Positions 20,022 through 28,880 of a DNA stretch of 64,000 nt are shown piece after piece. The first letter of the stretch is position 1. Every line of letters starts with the position of its first letter. Under the pieces are notes generated by a model. The model saw nothing but the letters and a program-made list of their open reading frames with translations, did not search any database and was not told the origin of the DNA. The translations under genes and the position numbers were made by a program. The stretch covers positions 33,074 through 97,073 of the forward strand of contig CAZILK010000002.1 of NCBI GenBank assembly GCA_964540135.1, given 5' to 3'. The DNA is from an uncultured Candidatus Saccharibacteria bacterium (lineage in GTDB: Bacteria; Patescibacteriota; WWE3; UBA101185; UBA10185).

Positions 20022-20235
20022 CCTCCTCAGCCCGACTCATATCAAGATCCTTTCTACTGCGCACCTCTTCTAAAAAGTCCTTGCGGAGCTTATTAGTGTC
20101 AGCTGAAACAGTCACTACGCCATCTCTGTAGGAAGCGACCTCACTTAGTTCTCCGGGACTCGGTCTGAATAGTTGTTCTACATTTGTTTCACTCATATTT
20201 CCTGCTTCTTCGTATAATTTATCACAAATCAACAT
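19987..20235 (-). CDS. Hypothetical small protein or N-terminal fragment of a disrupted gene
   Basis: 82-aa acidic ORF overlapping the downstream ORF. Could be a frameshifted remnant. Confidence 0.25.
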   Translation of the reverse strand: MLICDKLYEEAGNMSETNVEQLFRPSPGELSEVASYRDGVVTVSADTNKLRKDFLEEVRSRKDLDMSRAEEVAERESVIFYR

Positions 20236-20333
20236 AAACGAAGAACTGACTGGGATTAATGGGCTTGTTGGATTCTGCAGAGATCAAGTGCGCCTAGCTA
20301 CCCGAGAATCTCGTATCTTTGTTACCAGACAAC

Positions 20334-21098
20334 CTAATCAAACCTTGAATTTTCAAGCATGTACAAATAGGTTACGCTCTTACTTGTCAGTTCGTGATCC
20401 AAATCAAGCTTTAGTTTTTTCGCAATAGCCTTGAGTTTCGGGACTATGATATCGCTGTCCTTATCTGTCATCATTTCTAGCTCAACCCCAGTTTTAAAAT
20501 CTTTAATATCATCAATGACTACTTTGCATTCACCGTATTTATATACTAATCGATCTTTATCAAGAGTAGTCATCTCTCTAAGGTTCATGAGGTTAAGTAG
20601 CCTTAAAGCACTCTCATAATCTGGAATATCTATCTCCTGTTCAATACAAGTATCATGTTTATATGGTGTTACTAACCTTTTTATCTCCAAAGTTGTTGTC
20701 ATCTTCCCTGTATAACCATTGTCTTGTTCTCTAATTCTTAACCCAAAACCAACACCGTTATCAAACCATTCATCTTTCTGATCTATATTTTTTATACTAC
20801 TTGGGACAAACCAATGATCTATTACATGACCGTGGTAAATAACATGCGCACCAAGTTGTAATAATATTGCCTCCACCTGTAGACGGTTTGGTGTTAAAAA
20901 GCGTAATTCAACCTCATTCAGCGGTGTTCTCGCCTCTTTTTGTGATAAAAAGGTATTAATGTCTGATTCCCTAATTCTTACTACCCTACCAACCTTGGTA
21001 GCCTTCAGTTTGCCCTGTGCAATATAGGTTCTAACTGTTTGCCAGTGAATCTTCAAATAAGCTGCAGTGTCTTTAATTGTTAATAGCCTATCACTCAT
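20334..21098 (-). CDS. Excisionase/MerR-type HTH DNA-binding domain fused to a CYTH (triphosphate tunnel metalloenzyme/CyaB-like) domain
   Basis: N-terminal 'LLTIKDTAAYLKIHWQTVRTYIAQGKLKATKVGRVVRI' (HTH_17-like). A CYTH-type 'EVELRFL' (ExExK-like) motif opens the C-terminal domain. Confidence 0.55.
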   Translation of the reverse strand: MSDRLLTIKDTAAYLKIHWQTVRTYIAQGKLKATKVGRVVRIRESDINTFLSQKEARTPLNEVELRFLTPNRLQVEAILLQLGAHVIYHGHVIDHWFVPSSIKNIDQKDEWFDNGVGFGLRIREQDNGYTGKMTTTLEIKRLVTPYKHDTCIEQEIDIPDYESALRLLNLMNLREMTTLDKDRLVYKYGECKVVIDDIKDFKTGVELEMMTDKDSDIIVPKLKAIAKKLKLDLDHELTSKSVTYLYMLENSRFD

Positions 21099-21224
21099 GC
21101 TAACGATTATATCATATTCATTATTTTAGGTGATAGGCGCAAGTTAGCCAATCTGTTGCATATGTCAAATTACCATGACACTTGACACATACCTCACAGG
21201 GAGAATATTATCCGATTACTTACT

Positions 21225-22496
21225 ATGATTGACACTAGATTACTGGAGCATATTATACTTAACCCGCATTGCAAAATTGCGGATATCCAAAAGGAACTGG
21301 GCTATAACAGAACTACTCTACTTTACAAGCTGGAAAGGCTTATAAAAGAAAGGGTAATTAAAAAGGCATTTGAAGGCAAAGTAGCTGTATACCTGCCTTC
21401 TGAAAAATCAGCAATTGAGAGCTATTTCAACTCACAAATAGACGAAACAAAGAACATACAACACCAACTACTCACTAAGTTTAAGGTAAAAAAAGGTAAA
21501 GTTGCCAAAACAAAGCCAAAGCTTGTGTTTGTTAACTACTACGACCTGCTACCTGCCTTTAAGGAAGAGCTCAACACTGCCTATGAAATAACCGACTATT
21601 CAAATAAAGAATTATTTCTCTCGCAAGAAGAATTTGCATATCGCGCGCAAGATGCTGACGTTATAGTTAATAACTGGGCATGTGATGTTGGCAAATCACT
21701 TATCAAACAGCTGCCAAAACTAAAATATATGCATGTTTCAACACACATGTATCGTTACGTTGACCTAAAAGCACTAGACGAAAACAAGATTCATTTTTCA
21801 TATCTTCAAGCACCTGATTACAGGGTTCACGCTCTCTCAGAGTTTGCAATTGCACAAACCTTTGCCCTACTTAGAAAAGTTGCTGTTGCATCTTCCCAAT
21901 TAAGATCTGGAGTTATGGAATTCAAACAATTCACTGGCGATGAACTAAGAGGAAAGGTTGTTGGAATTATTGGTACCGACGCTGTGAGTAAAGAGCTCTT
22001 TTATTCTCTTAAAAATTTAGGGACTGAGGTATATGTTCACAACGAGAACGCAGCTGCCAATCCGCATGACTGGGGTTTGTCTAAATTCACACCACTTAAA
22101 ATGTTGGTTGAGCAGTCTGACATACTTTATCTTGTAAACAGTGAGGACACTCCGCCTAAAGTTTGCGAAAGGCTTGATGCGAGTTTACTAAACTTCATCA
22201 AAAAGCCTACATACCTAATAAGTATTACAAAACACAAATATATCGACACCAAGCTTATCAAAAAATTCATCTATAACGGCAAAATTAAAGGACTGGCCTT
22301 AGATTATTTCGAAGATATGAATAAAATCAAAGAGCTTAAAGACTCTGAAATTAGTACCATCACCTACCTCCCCAATGTTTTAATAACACCAGACATAGCT
22401 TGGAGCACCAAGACATCGATTGAAAATATGAACATTGCAACGAACAAATACCTAATGGCATACGCAAAAGGAGATCATAGCTATTTGCTACTTTAA
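21225..22496 (+). CDS. Winged-HTH regulator fused to a degenerate D-isomer-specific 2-hydroxyacid dehydrogenase-like domain
   Basis: N-terminal wHTH 'KIADIQKELGYNRTTLLYKLERLIKE'. C-terminal NAD-binding-like 'VGIIGTDAVS' and 'LALDYFE'. The catalytic His position reads 'ITPDIAWST' (His replaced by Asp), which suggests a sensor pseudo-enzyme. Confidence 0.55.
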   Translation: MIDTRLLEHIILNPHCKIADIQKELGYNRTTLLYKLERLIKERVIKKAFEGKVAVYLPSEKSAIESYFNSQIDETKNIQHQLLTKFKVKKGKVAKTKPKLVFVNYYDLLPAFKEELNTAYEITDYSNKELFLSQEEFAYRAQDADVIVNNWACDVGKSLIKQLPKLKYMHVSTHMYRYVDLKALDENKIHFSYLQAPDYRVHALSEFAIAQTFALLRKVAVASSQLRSGVMEFKQFTGDELRGKVVGIIGTDAVSKELFYSLKNLGTEVYVHNENAAANPHDWGLSKFTPLKMLVEQSDILYLVNSEDTPPKVCERLDASLLNFIKKPTYLISITKHKYIDTKLIKKFIYNGKIKGLALDYFEDMNKIKELKDSEISTITYLPNVLITPDIAWSTKTSIENMNIATNKYLMAYAKGDHSYLLL

Positions 22497-22500
22497 TACA

Positions 22501-23472
22501 ATGAAATTTGTTGCATTAGATTTAGGCTATATCCATTTTGAACACCTAAGTAAAATTGGGGATATCGAGGGAATAACTGATTTTAAATACTTCCCTATCC
22601 CACCAATTGATGAGGCTGAAATCATCGCCAGAATTGGAGATGCTGAGCTTGTAACTGGGAGGGTTTATTGCAAAATTAACAAACATGTTATCGAGAATGC
22701 CACAAACCTCAAAGCAGTATTTACACAATCAGTGGGTTTTGATCACATAGACACTGACTTTGCAAAGTCTAAAGGTATTAAAGTCTACAATTGCCCCGGA
22801 TATAACTCAAATTCGGTTGCAGAGTTCGCGTTTAGCCTAGTTTTAAGTCTTTTTAGAAAAATCCCAGCTGCTCAAGAACACGTTAGAGCCGGCGGTGTTG
22901 AATACAGACTATTTGAAGGTACGGATCTCAGAAATAAAACAATTGGAATTATTGGAGCCGGCAATGTGGGCAGTAAAATTGTTTCAATTGCCAAAGGGTT
23001 TGGCATGAAGCCTCTTGTCGCTACAAAAAACCCATCTAACAAAAGAGCGCAGGCTATAGGAATAGAAGGCTTCACAGATTTAGACAAATTGTTAAGAAAC
23101 TCTGATGTAATTGTGGTTGCAGTTACCCTAACCCCTGAAACCAAGGGACTGCTGGGGAAAAAAGAACTTGGATTAATACCACAAACTAGTTTTCTGATCA
23201 ATATATCAAGACAAACAGTTATAGATGAGAACGAGCTCGCTAAACGAATAGTGGAAAGAAAAATTGCAGGCGCTGCATTAGATTTATTGCTAAAAGACCC
23301 TTTTAAAATTGACGAACATTCGCTCCTGATTCAAGAAATGGTTAATATGCCAAATGTCATAATAACTCCACATATTGCAGCTGAAACAAAAGAAGCGAAC
23401 TACAACCTAGGTGTTATAACGCTTGAAAACATTACAAACTTCTTAAGAGGAGTTGACCAAAACTTAGTATAA
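22501..23472 (+). CDS. D-isomer-specific 2-hydroxyacid dehydrogenase (intact catalytic residues)
   Basis: 'GIIGAGNVG' Rossmann motif, catalytic 'ISRQTVIDE', 'AALDLL' and 'IITPHIAAET' (catalytic His). Confidence 0.8.
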   Translation: MKFVALDLGYIHFEHLSKIGDIEGITDFKYFPIPPIDEAEIIARIGDAELVTGRVYCKINKHVIENATNLKAVFTQSVGFDHIDTDFAKSKGIKVYNCPGYNSNSVAEFAFSLVLSLFRKIPAAQEHVRAGGVEYRLFEGTDLRNKTIGIIGAGNVGSKIVSIAKGFGMKPLVATKNPSNKRAQAIGIEGFTDLDKLLRNSDVIVVAVTLTPETKGLLGKKELGLIPQTSFLINISRQTVIDENELAKRIVERKIAGAALDLLLKDPFKIDEHSLLIQEMVNMPNVIITPHIAAETKEANYNLGVITLENITNFLRGVDQNLV

Positions 23473-24285
23473 TTAGACTAGCACTGCTTCTCCCCTATTG
23501 TTTAAGACTTTAAACTTCTTTGCATTCTTCCACATGAACTCAAACACCTGCTTTTGCATCTCTGTAAGTTCTTTATTATAAATCTCAACACAAAAGATAT
23601 CAGCATCTTGATAACGGTAAAGAGCGTAAACATCGTTATAAATGAGAATTTCAAAGTTAATCTTCATTTGTTTTGCAGGAATATGTCTTATGCTCCAGTA
23701 TTTCTCAACCATCTCGTGTGTAGAAGTCCAAGCTGCAATCTTGACAACATTTGTCAGTGTTCTTATCTTTATCTTGTTCTCAACAAACCTATACCGCATG
23801 TCTTCGGCATACGCTTTATCTAAAAAAGCACTCATGTCTGAGACCTCAAGTGTAAGTAGTTCTCCTTTAGCTTTTAAAGAATTCCAAGTTACTTGCTTTA
23901 GACCCTCAACACCATGGTAATAAAGTACTTTTGAGTTCTTTTGTTCAGTGTTTGGCAGTAGTGCTAACTGCTCCTCAAGTGAATCTATATTGTTCTTAAA
24001 TAACCTGGCTTCAAACTCCTTTTGGGCAACTAAGGCTTCGAGTTGTACTTTGCCAGCAGCTTCAAATCGCTGACCCCTTGAATCAAGGATTGAATTAACT
24101 AGACCTATCTTAAGCAAACTGTCCAACATTCGGTACACTCTAGTTCTTGGGATCTCCAGCTTGCGACTTATCTCAAGGGCTGTATAGCTTGTATTTCTCC
24201 TTAATAACAGGTATAAAGAGGCTTCGTCTTGTTTAAGACCAAGAGGCAATAACAACGGTAATAAACTGTCTGTTTTATCGGACAT
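23473..24285 (-). CDS. TrmB-family transcriptional regulator
   Basis: N-terminal TrmB-type HTH 'LGLKQDEASLYLLLRRNTSYTALEISRKLEIPRTRVYRMLDSL'. Divergent from the EamA transporter gene. Confidence 0.6.
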   Translation of the reverse strand: MSDKTDSLLPLLLPLGLKQDEASLYLLLRRNTSYTALEISRKLEIPRTRVYRMLDSLLKIGLVNSILDSRGQRFEAAGKVQLEALVAQKEFEARLFKNNIDSLEEQLALLPNTEQKNSKVLYYHGVEGLKQVTWNSLKAKGELLTLEVSDMSAFLDKAYAEDMRYRFVENKIKIRTLTNVVKIAAWTSTHEMVEKYWSIRHIPAKQMKINFEILIYNDVYALYRYQDADIFCVEIYNKELTEMQKQVFEFMWKNAKKFKVLNNRGEAVLV

Positions 24286-24289
24286 CAGT

Positions 24290-25207
24290 TTGATAGTACA
24301 TCAATTGCTACTTATAATGCAAGACATGCACTATTCAAAAGGTGTTGTCTACATCTTAATATCAGCGGTCTTTTACGCCTCGTACGGCGTATGGTCTAGG
24401 CTGATGGGTTCATCTTTTGGTGAGTTTACCCAAGCCTGGACACGAGGACTATTCCTACTGGTAGTTATTCTGATACTCAACAGTAAATTTAAGTTCTTAA
24501 AGAAGTTTGGTAAGAAAGATTTGCCTTGGTTTATGCTAATTGCACTTGCCGGAGGTATTAATCAAGCTCCTTATTACTTTGGGTTTCAACATCTGCAAAT
24601 TGGTACTGCTACCCTACTCTTTTATGCCTCTCTTGTTGTTGGAGGATATGTTATGAGTAAGGTATTTCTACAAGAGAAAATTAACTCAACCAAGCTTTTT
24701 AGCCTTGGACTTTCAATTCTTGGCATGGTTTTAATTTACAAATTTTCACTCAGTACTGGGCAGCTTTTGGCAGCCGTTTTAACCTGTATCGCAGGGATTC
24801 TTGGAGCAGCAACTGTTGTACTTACAAAAAAACTTTCGGGAAATTATTCCGAGCTTCAAATTATGATTGGTTATTTTGCATTACAAGTAGTGATTAACCT
24901 CCCGCTTGCAGTTCTCAGTCACGAAGTAATGCCCTCTTTCTCAAATACAACAGCTTGGGTCGCACAAATCCTCTATGCATTTAGTATGCTTGCAGCCAAC
25001 TATGCTGTGATCGAGGGTTTTAAACATGTAGACGGAAGTATCGGCAGCTTAATCGGACTTGCTGAAATACTCTTTGGTGCTTTCTTTGGCTGGCTGTTGT
25101 TCTCAGAACTAATCTCAGCTTTTACTTTAATGGGTGGAATTATAATTATTGCTGCAGCAGCATATCCAAGTTTAAGAGCTAGAACTAAAGATGATCTTAA
25201 CTACTAG
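24290..25207 (+). CDS. EamA/DMT-superfamily transporter (10-TM)
   Basis: Two repeated 5-TM halves, with hydrophobic periodicity typical of EamA. Confidence 0.6.
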   Translation: MIVHQLLLIMQDMHYSKGVVYILISAVFYASYGVWSRLMGSSFGEFTQAWTRGLFLLVVILILNSKFKFLKKFGKKDLPWFMLIALAGGINQAPYYFGFQHLQIGTATLLFYASLVVGGYVMSKVFLQEKINSTKLFSLGLSILGMVLIYKFSLSTGQLLAAVLTCIAGILGAATVVLTKKLSGNYSELQIMIGYFALQVVINLPLAVLSHEVMPSFSNTTAWVAQILYAFSMLAANYAVIEGFKHVDGSIGSLIGLAEILFGAFFGWLLFSELISAFTLMGGIIIIAAAAYPSLRARTKDDLNY

Positions 25208-26048
25208 GTCTTTCTGATGCTCGCCTTCCCCATCCTGTACCTGGATCAAAGCGGTCGGTATCATATGGTGGTGGTACTGTAAGATCGTCTATAAGCCATG
25301 TATACCTATCTCCGTGTTTCAGCACTGTGTCAGATCTTTTTAAGTTGGGATAAAATCTGTCCGCAACCTTGTAATACAAAAATGTTAGGATGTAATCGCC
25401 GTTTGACCAGGTAACTTTTGGTAATTGCCTTGAAAGATTAAGCTCATCCAAAGTTGGAACCTCAAAAACACGTATTTTTCTTGTACCTGGTAGTCGGATT
25501 AAGTTAGTAGCCGCTATATAGGCCTCGGATATAGCGCTTTGTTCAACACCCATCTCTGTTAACTTTTTGACAATATTACCAGTCTGTTCGCCAAAAATTC
25601 TTAGATCATCAGCTACTACAAGATCATAACCTTTAAGGCTGCCCAGATCAGCTATTTCGTCTACGCTTATTGTTGAAAATCTATCTGGAGACCTTGTTGC
25701 TAGCTTGTCAGCTATCCAAACCCTACTCCCTCTCTCATCGCCATCATGAATCAACAGTATAGGCAGTTCACTAGATTCAAGATTAGCAGCTAAAACATCC
25801 AATGCATCTTCAAAAGTTTTATCATCTATGCATCTTATATTTGACCGTATGCCTTCTAAGCAGGTATCTGTGCCTCCGCTATTTAAAAATGCATCTCTAA
25901 AGTCTTCGAGCAGATCTAATCGCAACTGCTCAGGAGGGTTTTCTGGACTAATCAGTGGAGCGAGGCTCTCGCCATTTAAGCCAAGAGTCTCAAAAGATAC
26001 AGCTGCTGCTTCAGCGTATCGTACTTCATTATGCGCGGTAAGTATCAT
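25197..26048 (-). CDS. Hypothetical protein with a phosphoribosyltransferase (type I PRTase)-like segment. Higher GC.
   Basis: 'YDLVVADDLRIFGEQTGNIVKKL' resembles the PRPP-binding loop (hydrophobic-DD-x-x-TG-T) of type I PRTases. GC is clearly elevated. Confidence 0.4.
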   Translation of the reverse strand: MILTAHNEVRYAEAAAVSFETLGLNGESLAPLISPENPPEQLRLDLLEDFRDAFLNSGGTDTCLEGIRSNIRCIDDKTFEDALDVLAANLESSELPILLIHDGDERGSRVWIADKLATRSPDRFSTISVDEIADLGSLKGYDLVVADDLRIFGEQTGNIVKKLTEMGVEQSAISEAYIAATNLIRLPGTRKIRVFEVPTLDELNLSRQLPKVTWSNGDYILTFLYYKVADRFYPNLKRSDTVLKHGDRYTWLIDDLTVPPPYDTDRFDPGTGWGRRASERPSS

Positions 26049-26139
26049 TTCTAATTATAGTTTTATACTTAATAAATTAATTAATACCAAAATCAAAAAC
26101 GGAATACTCTTTTAAGTTTATAAGTTGGTGCACAGAAAT

Positions 26140-26700
26140 TCAATGTTCTTGGTTTAAAGCATCATCAAGCACCATTCTAAGATATTCAGATTTATTTACT
26201 CCTAACTCTTTTGCTTTACTTTCAAGATGAGCTTTATGTCTATCGGAAAGAAATAGGTTAAACCTGTTATGCAGGGTTTCGGTTGATATTTTGGTGATGA
26301 AATTTTCAAGAATCTCCTCATACGTATACTCGTTATATTTAGCACCGTGGAAATACCTGCTCTTAATCTTTTGGGAATAATCTTCATGTACTGACAGGCA
26401 TAACACATGTTTATTTGATTGAATTGCAAGAGTTGCTTCGTGCCCTAGTTGAAAATCTTCTTCACTAATTTCCATAATCACAGCATTTGCCCACTCAATC
26501 CCCTTTTTGATAGCAAGATAATGCTCTTCTTGTTTGGTCTTGAGATGTGAAGTTTTAGAAGTATTTAAGAGTGCTTTGTAGTTATTCTTTTCAGGAGATG
26601 TAACTACAAGATGCATTTCATCTAATTTTTTAAGTATTTTATCGTAATTTGCTTGATAGGACTTCTTTCCTCTAAACGATGCTGTAAAAAAGATGTTCAT
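26140..26700 (-). CDS. Nucleoside 2-deoxyribosyltransferase-like (NDT/DNPH1-fold) domain fused to a C-terminal ribbon-helix-helix DNA-binding domain
   Basis: N-terminal 'MNIFFTASFRG' plus a catalytic-Glu region 'VIMEISEEDFQLGHEATLAIQSNKHVLCL' (NDT-like). C-terminal 'DRHKAHLESKAKELGVNKSEYLRMVLDDAL' is CopG/Arc-type RHH. Start set at the internal Met. Confidence 0.5.
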   Translation of the reverse strand: MNIFFTASFRGKKSYQANYDKILKKLDEMHLVVTSPEKNNYKALLNTSKTSHLKTKQEEHYLAIKKGIEWANAVIMEISEEDFQLGHEATLAIQSNKHVLCLSVHEDYSQKIKSRYFHGAKYNEYTYEEILENFITKISTETLHNRFNLFLSDRHKAHLESKAKELGVNKSEYLRMVLDDALNQEH

Positions 26701-26763
26701 ACATATGTATGTATACACTAGTATATACAGGAATGCAAGAACAGTGGTATATAGTATATACAT

Positions 26764-27220
26764 ATGATTACAGGTATCGGAACACATATTAAAGTTAGGG
26801 ACTTTAAAAAATCAGTGGCTTTTTATAAAGCACTTGGCTTTAAGAAAGTCTTTGAATGCGGACCAAAATGCCCCGTGAAAGAAGCTTATAGCGGGATGAT
26901 TTTTGAAACACGGTGGCTGTAAGCTAGAAATCGCTGATGGTCACAGAGCTGTTAAAAAAGAGGTGTTTTTAGAACAAGTTACAAGTTCAAAAATATCGTT
27001 AGTAATATATGTCTCAACTCTTGGAAACGTGATCAAGTCTTGCGAACGAGCCGGCATTACAATTGCTGTAAAACCAAGACATTTCTACTGGAATACACTT
27101 GAGCTTGTTATAAAAGATCCTGACGGAGTTGTTCTAGTATTTGTAGCGCCATACATTAAACGCGAAGCTAAAAAACTAAACGCAGATGAAACATATTCTG
27201 TACAGAGCATGAGTCCTTAA
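26764..27220 (+). pseudogene. Glyoxalase/VOC-family gene disrupted by a +1 frameshift near a T4 run (~26900)
   Basis: ATG at 26764 encodes 'MITGIGTHIKVRDFKKSVAFYKALGF...', a VOC N-terminal beta-alpha-beta-beta-beta module, and ends at TAA 26920. The rest of the domain ('...KLEIADGH...PRHFYWNTLELVIKDPDGVVLVF') continues in the +1 frame from 26903. Confidence 0.5.
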
Positions 27221-27239
27221 TGCATTAATTGACAGTGAT

Positions 27240-27779
27240 ATGGAGCTTTGCAAAATTAAAACAAAATGTTTTAATTACTGTATGACATCTGAAACGAACA
27301 GTGACAAAGAAGTAGTACACGCTGAAAGAGAGCCTTCTGTGGACATGAGCGCTGCGTGTCTTTTGTATCTTATTCAAAATAGGGTTGGCGTAAAAGAAAG
27401 TATTTTTGTAAATTGGTCCCAAAGTAATGCAAGCGGTGCAAAAATAAGTGACGAGCCGGGACTTCTTGAGGAAATAATAAATGTTGCGAATGAAGGCCCT
27501 AACACAGACGTGGATGAAGACAGAGTACGAGCGTGGTTCGGCGTATTAAAATATAACGCTGGTGCTAGTTTTATATCGATTGAACAGGCACGAGGTCTGG
27601 GGAAAAGGGTAGGTGTTTTAATAGATTATTTACAAGACAGAGGTGTTGGCGCTGAGAGAGAACTAGCGACTTTAAACGAGGAAAATATCGGTCCAACACT
27701 TAGAAATGAGATTTTAAAGGCTACGCCTTCGTACGGAATATCTCCTAGTCAGTCAGAACAGATCTCCTCACTAGTGTAG
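27240..27779 (+). CDS. Hypothetical protein
   Basis: 179-aa ORF with no recognisable motif. The start may be an internal Met. Confidence 0.3.
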   Translation: MELCKIKTKCFNYCMTSETNSDKEVVHAEREPSVDMSAACLLYLIQNRVGVKESIFVNWSQSNASGAKISDEPGLLEEIINVANEGPNTDVDEDRVRAWFGVLKYNAGASFISIEQARGLGKRVGVLIDYLQDRGVGAERELATLNEENIGPTLRNEILKATPSYGISPSQSEQISSLV

Positions 27780-27914
27780 TTTTTCATACTTAATTTTCCC
27801 GATACAGAGCTCATCCTGTTTTTGTAGCTCTATACAACAAACAAGGAGCTAAAAGCAGACAAAATCTTCGCAATACAACCTGAGCCTGGTTAGCTTTTTT
27901 GATATACTTCCAGC

Positions 27915-28436
27915 ATGAGTAATATCACAATCAGAGAAGCAAAGCTAACAGATGCTGGAAGAATTGCAGAAATTCACATTAAAACTTGGCAGTTTGCCTA
28001 TAAAGGACTGATGCCGGATATTTTTCTCGCAGGTCTTTCTGTAGAAGCAAGAAAGACTTCATGGGAGAAAGCTCTATCTAATCCTAATCCAAAGGAAAGA
28101 TTTTTTGTAGCAGAATTAGATGGAAAACTTGTTGGTTTTTGTGGTCTTGGGGCAAGCAGAGACAATGATGCAGCTGAGGATACGGGTGAACTATACGCGA
28201 TCTATATTGATCCAGATTACATGGGAATAGGTGCAGGTTCTATACTAATGGCTACAGGACTTGCCTATCTTAAGGAAGTGGGTTTTAACTCTGCAACTCT
28301 TTGGGTTTTATCAACAAATACAAAAACACGCGAGTTTTATGAACACAAAGGGTGGAAAGCTGACGGCAAAACTAAAGTAGAAGCAAGACAAGATTTTGAG
28401 CTTCATGAGACTAGGTACGTTACTAGCTTAGTGTGA
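27915..28436 (+). CDS. GNAT-family N-acetyltransferase
   Basis: Acetyl-CoA-binding 'IYIDPDYMGIGAGSILM' (Q/RxxGxG/A-type motif) and a typical ~170-aa GNAT fold. Confidence 0.8.
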   Translation: MSNITIREAKLTDAGRIAEIHIKTWQFAYKGLMPDIFLAGLSVEARKTSWEKALSNPNPKERFFVAELDGKLVGFCGLGASRDNDAAEDTGELYAIYIDPDYMGIGAGSILMATGLAYLKEVGFNSATLWVLSTNTKTREFYEHKGWKADGKTKVEARQDFELHETRYVTSLV

Positions 28437-28457
28437 AAACCGAAAAACTATCAATAA

Positions 28458-28778
28458 CTAGACTAACGAGATAGGATAAATATCAAAAGAAACCTCATCA
28501 TAGGGATGAACTTGTTTTACTGCTGCCATAACTCCCTGAAGAAGATCTTTTGAGCAAACTGCTTCGATCCTCTCTTCCTCAGCTTCTGCAAACTCACCCA
28601 CTGAACCGATAACTGGATTAGCACCATTTAAAGGCTTGTAACGAGCTACTCCCGTTACCGAAAAACTACAATGACTATAGTTACCTATTTTCCCAGCTCC
28701 GGCATCCCCCATCGCTTTTCTTACCTGATCTGCATGTGTAACTGGTACAAAAACAGCTAATTTAACAATATCTTCCAT
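28458..28778 (-). CDS. Small conserved protein, GlnB/NIF3-insert-like alpha/beta fold (tentative)
   Basis: 106 aa. 'GDAGAGKIGNYSHCSF...HPYDEVSFDIYPI' recalled as similar to the standalone PII-like domain found in NIF3/YqfO proteins. Not verifiable here. Confidence 0.35.
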   Translation of the reverse strand: MEDIVKLAVFVPVTHADQVRKAMGDAGAGKIGNYSHCSFSVTGVARYKPLNGANPVIGSVGEFAEAEEERIEAVCSKDLLQGVMAAVKQVHPYDEVSFDIYPISLV

Positions 28779-28880
28779 AAAGCTAGATTAGACTATATTT
28801 GCCAAAAGATAAATATGAAAAAGATAAAGAAAGTAAGCAAATACCAATACCCCCGATCAACCTCAACAAGTCGAGGTGCT

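Noticed and set aside
19365-20235. Calling the two overlapping high-GC ORFs an integrase or phage remnant
   Set aside because: No tyrosine-recombinase (R..HxxR..Y) or serine-recombinase motifs were found. They are only hypothetical and may be a split gene.
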